Below are positions 1 through 9,291 of a stretch of 62,950 nucleotides of DNA, piece after piece. This stretch comes from a virus. Lineage: Duplodnaviria > Caudoviricetes. A program made the translations under genes and the position numbers. Location of the stretch: positions 1 through 62,950 of IMG/VR virus record IMGVR_UViG_3300050343_000162. One strand, given 5' to 3'. Position 1 is the stretch's first letter, and each line of letters starts with the position of its first letter. Below the pieces are notes generated by a model. The model made no database searches. It was not told the DNA's origin and saw only the letters and a program-made list of their open reading frames with translations.

Positions 1-167
1 TAAGCTCGTCAAACGAGTTGCAAGGGGTAGAGGTCGGAGGGTTGGAGATAGTGCAGCAGAGCGCAGGAAAAAGCCTAAAAAATCTCCAAAGCTCTAAAGA
101 ATCAATAGCCCCCCCGCTAAAAAATTAATCACTTTTGTCGGCGGCAAGTGGCGGCTGTACACATATA
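1..167 (+). repeat. Left copy of terminal direct repeat
   Basis: taagctcgtcaaacgag...ggcggctgtacacatata recurs at 62780..62950 with a few indels and substitutions. Confidence 0.95.
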
Positions 168-202
168 TTATCCAACACCTCTAATCGTCTAATAAAATTT
201 TG

Positions 203-210
203 TACCTTTG
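203..210 (+). promoter_or_regulatory. Bacteroidota-type -7 promoter element (TACCTTTG)
   Basis: Matches the TAnnTTTG consensus just upstream of an ORF at 214. Confidence 0.6.
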
Positions 211-213
211 TGC

Positions 214-354
214 ATGCCGTGGGACTTAGAAATACATAACCGCATACAGTTAGGTTTTGCTTTAGGATGGTCATACTTTGCTAAAGACAATGAGCATAAC
301 TACAGTGAGTTAAATATTTATCTAGGACTTATCGGATTAACAATAAAATATTAG
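214..354 (+). CDS. Small hypothetical protein (46 aa, MPWDLEIHNRIQLGFALGWSYF...)
   Basis: Manual translation; below the ORF-track cutoff, abuts the next ORF. Confidence 0.55.
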   Translation: MPWDLEIHNRIQLGFALGWSYFAKDNEHNYSELNIYLGLIGLTIKY

Positions 355-356
355 AT

Positions 357-557
357 ATGAAAGATTACAGTAAAATAAGTGACTTCGTTGACGGACTATA
401 CGTTAAGGATGGAAGACTTATAAACGGAAGACCAAACAGCATGATGGGAATTGAGAAAGCAGCCAAGATGCGTAAGGCTGTAAAACGTCAAGACAACATT
501 GAGCAGATCGCTGAAGGAATTCAGAGAGCAAAAATGCTCGAAAGGTTTATGGATTAG
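357..557 (+). CDS. Hypothetical protein
   Basis: 66-aa ORF followed by a terminator. Confidence 0.65.
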   Translation: MKDYSKISDFVDGLYVKDGRLINGRPNSMMGIEKAAKMRKAVKRQDNIEQIAEGIQRAKMLERFMD

Positions 558-590
558 TTACCCATATTAGTTAGTTTTAATGTGTAAAAG

Positions 591-621
591 AGGTTACCTC
601 TAAGGGGTAGCCTTTTTTTTT
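591..621 (+). terminator. Rho-independent terminator
   Basis: aggttacctc-taa-ggggtagcct stem followed by a T-run. Confidence 0.75.
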
Positions 622-652
622 ATTTTAAAAAACTAGCCAAAAAACGTCATTT

Positions 653-853
653 ATGTTGAAAGTCAACATTTCTATGTTAAAAATATTTTTTTTCAACATG
701 GACTTAACTTACTTATTCTTAATTACTTAACTACTACTTTTATTGATTTATGTTGAAATGTTAAAAAGGAGTCAGGTTTTCCTTATATAAAAAAAAGAAA
801 AATAAAAAAAATATATATTGTAAGTTGGAGAGCTATTTTCAACATTTCAACAT
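653..853. repeat. Array of about 8 ATGTT(G/A)AAA / TTTCAACAT motifs in both orientations around an A-rich core (origin- or operator-like)
   Basis: Copies near 653, 663, 674, 691, 750, 758, 837 and 845 in non-coding DNA. Confidence 0.6.
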
Positions 854-902
854 GTAGGTTTAAAATTATTTTATATCTTCGTTTTAAATTAAATCAAATC
901 TA

Positions 903-2498
903 ATGAATACATCAGGGGGGTACTCACCGAAAGACTTACATTTTAGTCACAAAGCACAGAAGAAACTTATCAGCGGAATATCAAAGATGGCTATGGCCGT
1001 CAAGTCAACGCTTGGGCCTATGGGAAACACAGTTCTTATAGAGTCGCCTAGTCATACCCACGGTATAACCGTGACCAAGGATGGGGTGACGGTTGCCAAG
1101 TCCATACAACTATTAGATCCTGTGGAGAACCTAGCTGTTCAAATGCTGCGTGAAGCGGCATCGAAGACTGCAGCCAATGCAGGGGATGGGACAACTACGG
1201 CTATTGTTCTGACAGAAGCGATAGTGACTAAGGGTATGGAGCTTATACAGGAGGAGGATAATAAAACTCAGGTCCTTCGTGATATGGTCACACTAACCAA
1301 TGAGGTAGTGGACAATCTAAAGAAGAAGACTCGTAAGGTGAGCAAACAAAAACTGCTAGATGTGGCGACCATCTCCTCGAACAATGACAGGGGGGTAGGA
1401 AAAATAATAGCCGACACTTATAATAGTGTGGGTAAAAATGGGATAGTAACGGTGGAGAAATCCCAGGGAGCTGAGACAAGCTTCGAGACTACCAATGGTC
1501 TAAAGGTAGACAGGGGATATTCATCACCGCTGTTTATAAACAACCATAAAAAAGATGAGTGTATACTCGAGGATGTCTATGTGCTAGTATCTGATGCAGA
1601 GATTAGCAACATACTGTCCATAGAGAATATATTAAAACCAATAATAAACGAGGGGAAGAAATTATTAATTGTAGCCCCATGTTCACAAAACGTGATAAAC
1701 ACCCTAGCGGCGAATGTCATGAAGAACAGCTTGAAGCTTTGCGCCATAATTCCACCCTCCTTTGGCTATAAGCAACATGAACTGATGGGCGATATCGCAC
1801 TGTCAGTGGGTGCTACATATTTTTCAGAGAAGACCGGTGATGATTTGAGCATTATAAACTTTGAGGACCTAGGTCACGCACAAAGGATAATAGTGGGCAA
1901 GGACTCAACGATCATATTGAAAGACAATGACCATGTGGACCAGACGGCAATCAAAGAAAGAGTGGACCAGCTATGGGACGCACACAAAATTACACAGGCA
2001 AAAGTAGATAAGGAATTTATACTATCACGTATCGCTTCGCTCACAGGAGGCGTTGGTGTTATCTACGTGGGTGGAAACACAGACCTTGAACAAAAAGAAC
2101 TATTCGATAGGGTTGATGACGCAGTATGCGCAGTCCGTAGTGCCCTAGAGGAAGGCATACTCCCTGGGGCTGGACTGGCTCTGTATCAAGAGGGGCTGTT
2201 AATGCAAGGGGAGAAAAATTCTGATAAAAAAATCGCCAAGGCGATTTTGGGGGGAGCACTGTTAGAGCCCCTAAAGCAAATACAAGAGAACGCAGGGATA
2301 GAAAACCACCGAGTGTATAACGAGAAGAACATAGGGCTTGACGTTAAGACAGGACAGGAGGGAGATTTAATTGAGATGGGGATAATAGACCCACTGAAGG
2401 TTACCAAGCAGGCACTTCAAAACGCAGTCTCGGTAGCGGTGACTATACTTTCTACTAACGCTATAGTTACTATGGCAAGATCAATAGAAACACAATGA
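903..2498 (+). CDS. groEL: Phage chaperonin GroEL (Cpn60)
   Basis: TLGPMG, VTKDGVTVAK, AGDGTTTA ATP-binding motif, EGILPGAG, GIIDPLKV; 531 aa; lacks the GGM tail. Confidence 0.97.
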   Translation: MNTSGGYSPKDLHFSHKAQKKLISGISKMAMAVKSTLGPMGNTVLIESPSHTHGITVTKDGVTVAKSIQLLDPVENLAVQMLREAASKTAANAGDGTTTAIVLTEAIVTKGMELIQEEDNKTQVLRDMVTLTNEVVDNLKKKTRKVSKQKLLDVATISSNNDRGVGKIIADTYNSVGKNGIVTVEKSQGAETSFETTNGLKVDRGYSSPLFINNHKKDECILEDVYVLVSDAEISNILSIENILKPIINEGKKLLIVAPCSQNVINTLAANVMKNSLKLCAIIPPSFGYKQHELMGDIALSVGATYFSEKTGDDLSIINFEDLGHAQRIIVGKDSTIILKDNDHVDQTAIKERVDQLWDAHKITQAKVDKEFILSRIASLTGGVGVIYVGGNTDLEQKELFDRVDDAVCAVRSALEEGILPGAGLALYQEGLLMQGEKNSDKKIAKAILGGALLEPLKQIQENAGIENHRVYNEKNIGLDVKTGQEGDLIEMGIIDPLKVTKQALQNAVSVAVTILSTNAIVTMARSIETQ

Positions 2499-2770
2499 AA
2501 TATATATCACTAACAAATTATAATCATATTTTAGAAAATTATGAAGACTACAAACAGTTTCTTTCAGAAAAGATGGTTATGATAAATAACACCTATAGGT
2601 TTTGTTTTATTAATTCAGATGGAAGCGTTGATTTTTCTAAAAAAATAAATGATGCTGATTTAAAGCTAGACCTTTTGGACGCTGGATATAAAGTGGGAGC
2701 TCGAGATTTTAAAAGATTTTTAAAGTCGGACAGGATGAAAAAAATAAAAGATCCTAATGCGGCTTTTTAA
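2495..2770 (+). CDS. Hypothetical protein
   Basis: 91-aa ORF overlapping the groEL stop. Confidence 0.6.
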   Translation: MKYISLTNYNHILENYEDYKQFLSEKMVMINNTYRFCFINSDGSVDFSKKINDADLKLDLLDAGYKVGARDFKRFLKSDRMKKIKDPNAAF

Positions 2771-2939
2771 GTTTACACTAATCTGGATAAGTCAAAACCT
2801 AGCCATACCTTTTTGGATTGTAGGGCATGTGCATTTATCGATACATTCGTTTCATGACCTAGTAGAGGTAGCGTCCTCAATTGGTATGAATCTACTTGTG
2901 GCTATTGGGTTTGTAATAGATTATAAAAGCAGTAAATGA
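2757..2939 (+). CDS. Small membrane protein (2 hydrophobic segments, HVH motif)
   Basis: Hydrophobic 60-aa ORF overlapping the previous gene. Confidence 0.6.
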   Translation: MRLFKFTLIWISQNLAIPFWIVGHVHLSIHSFHDLVEVASSIGMNLLVAIGFVIDYKSSK

Positions 2940-3026
2940 AAAACTTTTTAGAAGAAATACTAGATTACCTAATACTTTTCTTTCTGTTAATTCTTTTTGT
3001 ATTAGCAGCATCTTAAAATAAACAAT

Positions 3027-3284
3027 ATGAAACCAATCGGAAAAAACATAATCATCCAACCTATAGAAGAGGAAATCAAAACACAATCAGGATTACTACT
3101 TAGCTCTGAAGACACCAACCAACTAAGATACAAAAAAGGAATTGTGGTTATAGAGGGAACAGACGTGAGTGTAATTAAATCTCACGATACCATCTACTAT
3201 GACAAAAGGGCTGGGTTTACCATGCTAATTAACAATAAACCTTTCACTATTATTCAGGAGAAAGACGTCGTTGTTGTCGTATAA
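3027..3284 (+). CDS. groES: Co-chaperonin GroES (Cpn10)
   Basis: MKPIGKNIIIQP..EEIKTQSGLLL mobile loop, G-x-VV, C-terminal IIQEKDVV. Confidence 0.9.
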   Translation: MKPIGKNIIIQPIEEEIKTQSGLLLSSEDTNQLRYKKGIVVIEGTDVSVIKSHDTIYYDKRAGFTMLINNKPFTIIQEKDVVVVV

Positions 3285-3693
3285 CTTCATTCATCTGTAG
3301 AATCATATTGCGATATACTTTGTCTGTATACTTTACATTCTTTGCAAACATAGGATTGCCTGATAAAGAGGTTGGTATTTCTTCTCCAGAAAGCTTTTTA
3401 TAAATACCACTGATAACTCTTTCAGTTTTATAACTTAGGGTATACAAAGACTTTGTGGTTTTCTTACGATTACGAAACACCTCTATCCATCCTTCCTTGT
3501 ACAGGCGATTGAATCTTTCACCATCCCATATAAGCAGGTTGTCAAACTCTTCAAACTTTTTTTTAGAAAATATCTCTTCGCTGTATAGAAACAGTAGCAT
3601 GTCAAGATCAGCGGTTGAGAGTCCGTACTTAGCTTTGATAAAGTATCTGATAACTCTCCAGTATTTTAGGCAATCGTTTACTTGTGATTTCAT
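3250..3693 (-). CDS. Conserved-looking hypothetical protein, possible winged-helix regulator
   Basis: 147 aa; YGLSTADLDMLLFLY...RLYKEGWIEVF...LYTLS pattern; preceded by an aaatctaatcta leader. Confidence 0.6.
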   Translation of the reverse strand: MKSQVNDCLKYWRVIRYFIKAKYGLSTADLDMLLFLYSEEIFSKKKFEEFDNLLIWDGERFNRLYKEGWIEVFRNRKKTTKSLYTLSYKTERVISGIYKKLSGEEIPTSLSGNPMFAKNVKYTDKVYRNMILQMNEVIRQQRRLSPE

Positions 3694-3707
3694 TAGATTA
3701 GATTTCT

Positions 3708-3715
3708 TATCTTTG
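3708..3715 (+). promoter_or_regulatory. -7 promoter element TATCTTTG
   Basis: TAnnTTTG upstream of the ATG at 3746. Confidence 0.6.
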
Positions 3716-3745
3716 TATAAATATATTTATAAAATAATAACTATT

Positions 3746-4195
3746 ATGGCATTAGCTGGAAAAAAAGACCCATTAAAAAAACAGAAGGACTCATTAAACT
3801 TTAAAAACAATGCTATAACTAGAATGCACGGGTTTGCAATTAATAAACAAACTGGTCAGGTTGGTTTAACTGAAAAGCAAGCAAAGCTTACAAACCATCC
3901 AAATATTAGCCCAAAAGATAAAAAATTTGTCACTAAAGCGTATCAAAGAGTAAATCTTGAAAAAGCTTACAAGCCTATTAGAGAGTCTGGTAAAAAAACT
4001 ATAGATTCTTTAAACAACACAGAGAGACCTTTTATGGGTAGCTATAGTACTCATACAAAAGATTTCGCTGCTTATATGAAAAGAGAAAATAAAAGAGATA
4101 GTGTTAGGGAAAGAGCAAGACATAAAGCTTTTAACCGAGGTGTAGGACAAGAAGGCAATCCTTTTAAAAATAAATTTAAATCTAAAAAAAAATAA
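3746..4195 (+). CDS. Basic hypothetical protein (true start MALAGKK)
   Basis: ATG after the promoter; the upstream extension in the ORF track is antisense shadow. Confidence 0.65.
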   Translation: MALAGKKDPLKKQKDSLNFKNNAITRMHGFAINKQTGQVGLTEKQAKLTNHPNISPKDKKFVTKAYQRVNLEKAYKPIRESGKKTIDSLNNTERPFMGSYSTHTKDFAAYMKRENKRDSVRERARHKAFNRGVGQEGNPFKNKFKSKKK

Positions 4196-4202
4196 GAATA
4201 TT

Positions 4203-4451
4203 ATGCCTAGAGGAACAAGACCTAGTAAAAAAAATAAGTCCAAGTCAGTAGGAATCCGTAAAATGGATAATTACGACTCTGTGGGATTTCGTAATTCAGC
4301 AATTAGAAGAATTAATTCCACGCCAGGGGATGTAGAGATTTATAACCCTTCGACAGGTATATCTAAATTGGTATACGCACCAAAGGGTTCAAGAGAAGAA
4401 AAAATTCTTCACGCTACTATGAAAACTAAAAATCCAATGGATAAAAGATAA
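4203..4451 (+). CDS. Small basic protein
   Basis: 82-aa K/R-rich ORF. Confidence 0.6.
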   Translation: MPRGTRPSKKNKSKSVGIRKMDNYDSVGFRNSAIRRINSTPGDVEIYNPSTGISKLVYAPKGSREEKILHATMKTKNPMDKR

Positions 4452-4470
4452 TAATCAAAATAAATAAATT

Positions 4471-4623
4471 ATGCCAACAGTAAAATTTCCAGGCGGTAAA
4501 AAAACATTTCCCTACAACGCCGTAGGTAAAGCACAAGCTCACTCATTTGCAAAAATGATGAAGGGTAAAATAAAAAACAATCCAAACTACGGTATGGAGA
4601 AAAAAACGGTTTCAGGATATTAA
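4471..4623 (+). CDS. Small basic protein (MPTVKFPGGKKTFPYNAVGKAQA...)
   Basis: Manual translation, 50 aa, TAATG-coupled to the next gene. Confidence 0.6.
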   Translation: MPTVKFPGGKKTFPYNAVGKAQAHSFAKMMKGKIKNNPNYGMEKKTVSGY

Positions 4624-4778
4624 TGGCTAAGAAAAAAACAGGACGTAAGAACAAAATTTGTCCAGCAGGTATTGCTTGGGCAAAGAGAACGTTTGATACG
4701 TACCCGTCTGCCTACGCTAATATGGCAGCAAGTAAATATTGTAAAGATCCTAACTACGCAAAAAAAAGTAAGAAATGA
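4623..4778 (+). CDS. Small basic protein with YPSAYAN motif
   Basis: Manual translation MAKKKTGRKNKICPAGIAWAKRTFDTYPSAYANMAASKYC. Confidence 0.6.
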   Translation: MAKKKTGRKNKICPAGIAWAKRTFDTYPSAYANMAASKYCKDPNYAKKSKK

Positions 4779-5092
4779 GTAAATTAAACAAAAAGTCCAG
4801 AGACAGTAAAGGCCTAAAACTCGGTTAGTCCCAAGATAGGTATTGGAAGAAAAAAGCAAGGCTCAAAAAACCATAGCTCCACCAATCAAGCAATTAAATA
4901 TAATGATACGTTAATGGCTATCAAAAGAAGAATTGGAAAAGCAGGGGGCGTTACAACCTCTAACGAAAGTTTATATAATCAAAATATACAGTCTAGAAAA
5001 AGAAAAGCACGAGCACAAAGTATTTTTATGGAAATAAGGTTGGGCCAAAAAAACCTAAATTAAAACCTGGAAATTAAAATAAATAAAAAGTA

Positions 5093-5335
5093 ATGGGTGC
5101 TTTAAAAGATTGGGTAAATCAAGATTGGGTTCGCATTGGAACTGATGGTAAAATAAAAGGCAAATGCGGCACGAGTAAAGATAAAAAGAATCCAGACAGA
5201 TGTCTTCCAAGAAAAAAAGCATTAAGACTTTCTAAAAGACAATTAGCCCAAACAGCTCGTAAGAAAAAAAGAGAAGGAGCAAAAGGTAGAACAGTAGTAG
5301 CAAATACTAAAGCAGCAAAAGTAAGAAACGCATAA
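5093..5335 (+). CDS. Small basic phage protein (LKDWVNQDWV..CG..RCLP)
   Basis: 80 aa; pattern recurrent in marine phage small proteins. Confidence 0.7.
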   Translation: MGALKDWVNQDWVRIGTDGKIKGKCGTSKDKKNPDRCLPRKKALRLSKRQLAQTARKKKREGAKGRTVVANTKAAKVRNA

Positions 5336-5589
5336 TGGCAAGACCAAGACAAGGTAAAGCAAAAGTAAAAGTAACATCTGACGGTAGAAGAATAAGCTAT
5401 GGTCAGGCAGGTAAAGCTAAAGGTGGGGGTCCTAGAGTTAGACCTGGTACTACTAAAGGGGACAGCTACTGCGCAAGAAGTCTAGGTATTAAAAGACGTC
5501 TAAGCAAAAAGAAACAAAACGATCCAAACACTCCAAATAACTTATCTAGAAAGCGCTGGAAATGTAAAGGAGCTAAGTCTACCAAATAA
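5335..5589 (+). CDS. Small basic phage protein (YGQAG..GDSYCARS..SRKRWKC)
   Basis: 84 aa, TAATG-coupled. Confidence 0.7.
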   Translation: MARPRQGKAKVKVTSDGRRISYGQAGKAKGGGPRVRPGTTKGDSYCARSLGIKRRLSKKKQNDPNTPNNLSRKRWKCKGAKSTK

Positions 5590-5601
5590 TATAAACCATT
5601 A

Positions 5602-6189
5602 ATGTCATTATTATTTCAATTAGCAGACAGCAGTTTAACAGATAAAGGAACTCAACACTGCTACCTAGGTGTCTATGAGTATTTATTTTATAAAAAAAAA
5701 GAAACCGCAACCACTGTTATAGAGGTTGGTATAGGTTGTTTTTTTGATAAGAACGGTGGCAGCTTAAAACTGTGGAAAGACTTTTTTAAAAATGCAACAA
5801 TATACGGAGTTGACATACTTCCAAAAGACAGGGTAATTGATGACCTTTTAAACAATCCTAATATTGTTCTTCATTGTGAAAGCAACGCATATAGTCCAGA
5901 TTTTGTAAATAATAATTTTACTAAAAAAAATATTAAAGCGGATATAATTATAGATGATGGAGCTCACACTTATGAATCTATGATGGCTTATATAAGTTTA
6001 TATTTACCGCTTTTAAAAGACGACGGTATTTTGGTTATTGAAGACGTACAAGATATTAATTGGGTTGAGGGTTTAAAAAATTGTATTCCTGAAGATTTAA
6101 AAGACTGTATAGAAGTAATAGATTTAAGACACATGAAAAATCGTTATGATGATATTCTTTTTGTAGTAAACAAATCCAAAAAGACCTAA
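5602..6189 (+). CDS. Class I SAM-dependent methyltransferase, sugar O-methyltransferase-like (MycE/Methyltransf_24-like)
   Basis: TDK..H.Y..VY, IEVGIG, GVDI, IIIDDGAH, GILVIEDV motifs. Confidence 0.8.
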   Translation: MSLLFQLADSSLTDKGTQHCYLGVYEYLFYKKKETATTVIEVGIGCFFDKNGGSLKLWKDFFKNATIYGVDILPKDRVIDDLLNNPNIVLHCESNAYSPDFVNNNFTKKNIKADIIIDDGAHTYESMMAYISLYLPLLKDDGILVIEDVQDINWVEGLKNCIPEDLKDCIEVIDLRHMKNRYDDILFVVNKSKKT

Positions 6190-6201
6190 TAAAAATATTA
6201 G

Positions 6202-6209
6202 TATCTTTG
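6202..6209 (+). promoter_or_regulatory. -7 promoter element TATCTTTG
   Basis: TAnnTTTG upstream of the ATG at 6231. Confidence 0.6.
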
Positions 6210-6230
6210 TATAAATAAAAATTTTATATT

Positions 6231-6386
6231 ATGAAAAAACAAGGATACAATTCAAGAGACGACGAAGCAATCGCAGCTCGTAACGGTAAGAAAAAACAAT
6301 CTTTAAAAGACAGAAGAAACGAGTCTAAAGGAATGTACAAGTATTACGGAGAACACCCATACTCAGCTGATTCAAACATGAAGTAA
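6231..6386 (+). CDS. Small basic protein (MKKQGYNSRDDE...)
   Basis: Manual translation, 51 aa, coupled to the next ORF. Confidence 0.55.
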   Translation: MKKQGYNSRDDEAIAARNGKKKQSLKDRRNESKGMYKYYGEHPYSADSNMK

Positions 6387-6592
6387 TGGCTGCAAAAGGT
6401 AGAACTAAAAAAAATGCGTTTCCTGAAATTAAAAAAAAGAATGAAGGAAAGTTTACTAACTGGGTAAATAAAAATATGCCAGGTAAGTCTACTTGTTCTG
6501 CTGCATCAGCAGTAATGAAAAATACAGACAAGTATTCTAAAGCGGTAGTAGCCATGGCTAACTACGCAAACAATTTTGGTTGTAAAAAATAA
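6386..6592 (+). CDS. Small basic protein
   Basis: 68-aa ORF, IKKKNEGKFT...ANYANN pattern. Confidence 0.65.
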   Translation: MAAKGRTKKNAFPEIKKKNEGKFTNWVNKNMPGKSTCSAASAVMKNTDKYSKAVVAMANYANNFGCKK

Positions 6593-6755
6593 ATATTATG
6601 AAAAAACTAGGAGCATGGCTTATCAAAACATCGCACGCAATCGCAAGATGGTGGGGTGGTTTGACACATAATTTTAAATGTAACTGGAATAAGATTATAT
6701 TTGCAATATCATTTAAGATGAAAGATTGTAAAAAAGAAAAGTGTATATGTATAAA

Positions 6756-6920
6756 ATGAAGTCCAGGGGTCTGGGAGATGATATAGAAAAGTTTACTAAG
6801 TTTACAGGTATAAAAAAAGCTGTAGATGTAGTATCACAAAAACTTAATAAAGATTGCGGGTGCAGCGAAAGACGAGATGGTCTTAATCGTTTGTTTCCGT
6901 ATAGTAAAAAAAATAATTAA
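6756..6920 (+). CDS. Small protein with GLGD...CGC..R..LN motif
   Basis: Manual translation MKSRGLGDDIEKFTKFTGIKKAVDVVSQKLNKDCGCSERRDGLNRLFPY. Confidence 0.6.
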   Translation: MKSRGLGDDIEKFTKFTGIKKAVDVVSQKLNKDCGCSERRDGLNRLFPYSKKNN

Positions 6921-6922
6921 AA

Positions 6923-7390
6923 ATGGCATACCAAAAATTACAAGGATATAGAGCATGGCCTGTTAACAAATCAGACTTAACAGACATTCCAAACATAGGA
7001 ATAGTAGGTCCAAGTGGAACAACAACATCTGCTGCAACCAAGCAACTAATTGATAGCAATGCAAACTTTACAGCGGAAACAGTTCAAACTGGTATGATCG
7101 TAGTAAATACTACAGATGGTACTCAGACAACAGTCCTGAGTATAGAGAATACAACCACGTTAAACTTGACTGATGATATTATGGCAAATGCAAAGGCTTA
7201 TCAGTTATACGATGGTAATCAAGAAGGTGCCGTGTTGTATATAGGTACAGCAGGAAATTTAAAAGTAACAACCGTAGGTGGTGATGAGGTTACTTTTCAA
7301 GGAGTAAACACAGGAACTTTTTTCCCAGTGAATGTAGTTAAGGTTTTTGCGACAGGAACAAGTGCTGATAACATAATAGCTCTTTGGTAA
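6923..7390 (+). CDS. Putative virion structural protein
   Basis: Thr/Gly-rich beta protein ending LYIGTAGNLKV...PVNVVKVFATGT.A.NIIALW. Confidence 0.65.
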   Translation: MAYQKLQGYRAWPVNKSDLTDIPNIGIVGPSGTTTSAATKQLIDSNANFTAETVQTGMIVVNTTDGTQTTVLSIENTTTLNLTDDIMANAKAYQLYDGNQEGAVLYIGTAGNLKVTTVGGDEVTFQGVNTGTFFPVNVVKVFATGTSADNIIALW

Positions 7391-7391
7391 T

Positions 7392-7532
7392 ATGCCGTCA
7401 TTTATTGCCATAGGGAATTGGATTGGACAAAGAGAAGCGGGGCAAGCTCCGTTCGGAAGTGAAGATATTATAACTGAACTTTCAATCCAAATGGTTTCAG
7501 AATTAAATAGTAATGACTTAATAACAGAATAA
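7392..7532 (+). CDS. Small virion-associated protein with IITE..MVSE..LITE repeats
   Basis: Manual translation, 46 aa. Confidence 0.5.
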   Translation: MPSFIAIGNWIGQREAGQAPFGSEDIITELSIQMVSELNSNDLITE

Positions 7533-7543
7533 ATTAAAATAAA

Positions 7544-8214
7544 ATGGCAGTAAAATTTTCACAATTTACAACAGGTTCTTCCCTAGCAGATATAGATTAT
7601 TTCGTTGGGTATAAAGGAACTGACAATATACAAGTAGCGAAGTCCTTGTTATCTGGAACTACATATACGATAGATGTTCCAGCGGCAACTACAAACATCA
7701 ACTTAGCAGGTAGTGATTCTACGAATGATGCTATTACTCTGACAGGAGGAACAGGACATTGACTTTAACAAGAGTAAGTGCAAATGAGATATCATATTGC
7801 GTCACTGCGACTGTTGGAGACACGTATACTATAAAAGCGGGTGCAAAAGCTGGAAGTAGTGTTCCTTTACAATTAGACGCTGCTACTGGAACTGACTCAG
7901 CTGTAAATTTAACTCAAGGAGCTGGTATAACGCTAACTCAAACTTCTGCTACTGAAATTACAATTGCTGCTACTGCCACAGGAACATCAGTTGTTAAAGA
8001 TCAGTTTACAGGAAACAACTCAACAACAGCATTTACATTATCAGTAACGCCAACGGCAGCTGCTAATCTAAATATATTTATTAGCGGTGTATATCAAAAC
8101 TCCAAAGATTCTGGGGGAACGGCAAACTATACAGTTGCAGGAACGACATTAACTTTCGCAACAGCGCCACCGACAACCGCAGCAAATGGAATAGAAGTAG
8201 TAATAACACAATAA
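7544..8214 (+). CDS. Tail fibre/appendage protein (frameshifted)
   Basis: MAVKFSQF N-terminus, Thr-rich repeats, C-terminal FTGNNSTTAFTLS...ISGVYQ...YTVAGTTLTF module. Confidence 0.65.
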
Positions 8215-8224
8215 CGTTTAGCTC

Positions 8225-9290
8225 ATGGCAACAAACAAAGTAACTACAAACGTAATTGACATGAGTGGTAACACTGGAGGTCTAGTGTGGGCAAAGGGAA
8301 CTTCGAAGCTCAAAGACCAACGGGAGTTGCTGGAGACCTACGTTTAAATACAACAGACAGCAGACTCGAATACAAAGACAACGCAGACTGGAAGAGATTC
8401 TCTGAAGGAGCAGCATCACCTAGTGTAGATTTTGAAGCAGACTTTTTAGTAGTAGCTGGAGGTGGAGGAGGTGGTGCAAATAGTGGAGGTGGAGCTGGAG
8501 CAGGTGGACTTCGTACATCTTTTGGTAGTACATCGGGAGGTGGTGCGTCAAATGAATCTAAATTTGGTGTTGCTTTAAGCACTTCATACACTGTGACAGT
8601 TGGAGCGGGTGGTGCGGGAGTATCACAGGCGGAATCAAATAGTGGAAATGGTACTCATTCTAGTTTTTCAACTATAACTTCAATTGCAGGAGGTAGGGCT
8701 GCAAACCGTAAGCTTATACCAGAGGCTGCAGTAGGTGGTTCTGGTGGTGGAGGAGCAGGAACAAACCCTGGTGACTCAAGACGGGTGAGCTGGAACAGCT
8801 AACCAAGGATTTGGAGGTGGTAATGGAGATGGAGATGGTGGAGGAGGTGGAGGTGCTGCTGGTGGTGGAGGAGCGTGGAGCTGCTGTCTACGAACGCTAC
8901 GTCTTCAGCTTCAACAGGCAGGTGGAGTGGGGCTGTATCAGTAAGTATAACAGGAGCATGCAGTATCTTACGGAGGAGGTGGAGGTGCATCAGGAGCTTC
9001 TGGAGTATCACCAACTTCAGGTGGAACAGGACTGGTGGAGGTGGTAAGGTAAATATAATGCTAATGGAAATTCTGGCTCAACAAACACTGGAGGAGGTGG
9101 AGGAGGAGCACTAATTACACCGTGCAATGGTTAGAACCGGAGGTTCAGGTAGCGGAATAGTAATCATTAGATATCCCAACACCTATACAATATACAGTAG
9201 GTTCAGGTCTAACAAGTTCAACAGCTACGGATGGTAGTGATAAAGTAACCAGTTTCACAGCTGGGAACAGATACAATAAGTTTTAGTTAA
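8225..9290 (+). CDS. Glycine-rich tail fibre protein (frameshifted)
   Basis: MATNKVT start, AQRP..G.LRLNTT adapter, FLVVAGGGGGG...GGAGGLRTS Gly-rich domain across ORF fragments. Confidence 0.7.
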
Positions 9291-9291
9291 T

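Noticed and set aside
3455-3745. N-terminal extension of the 246-aa ORF
   Set aside because: Antisense to 3250..3693; a promoter motif and ATG at 3746 give a better start
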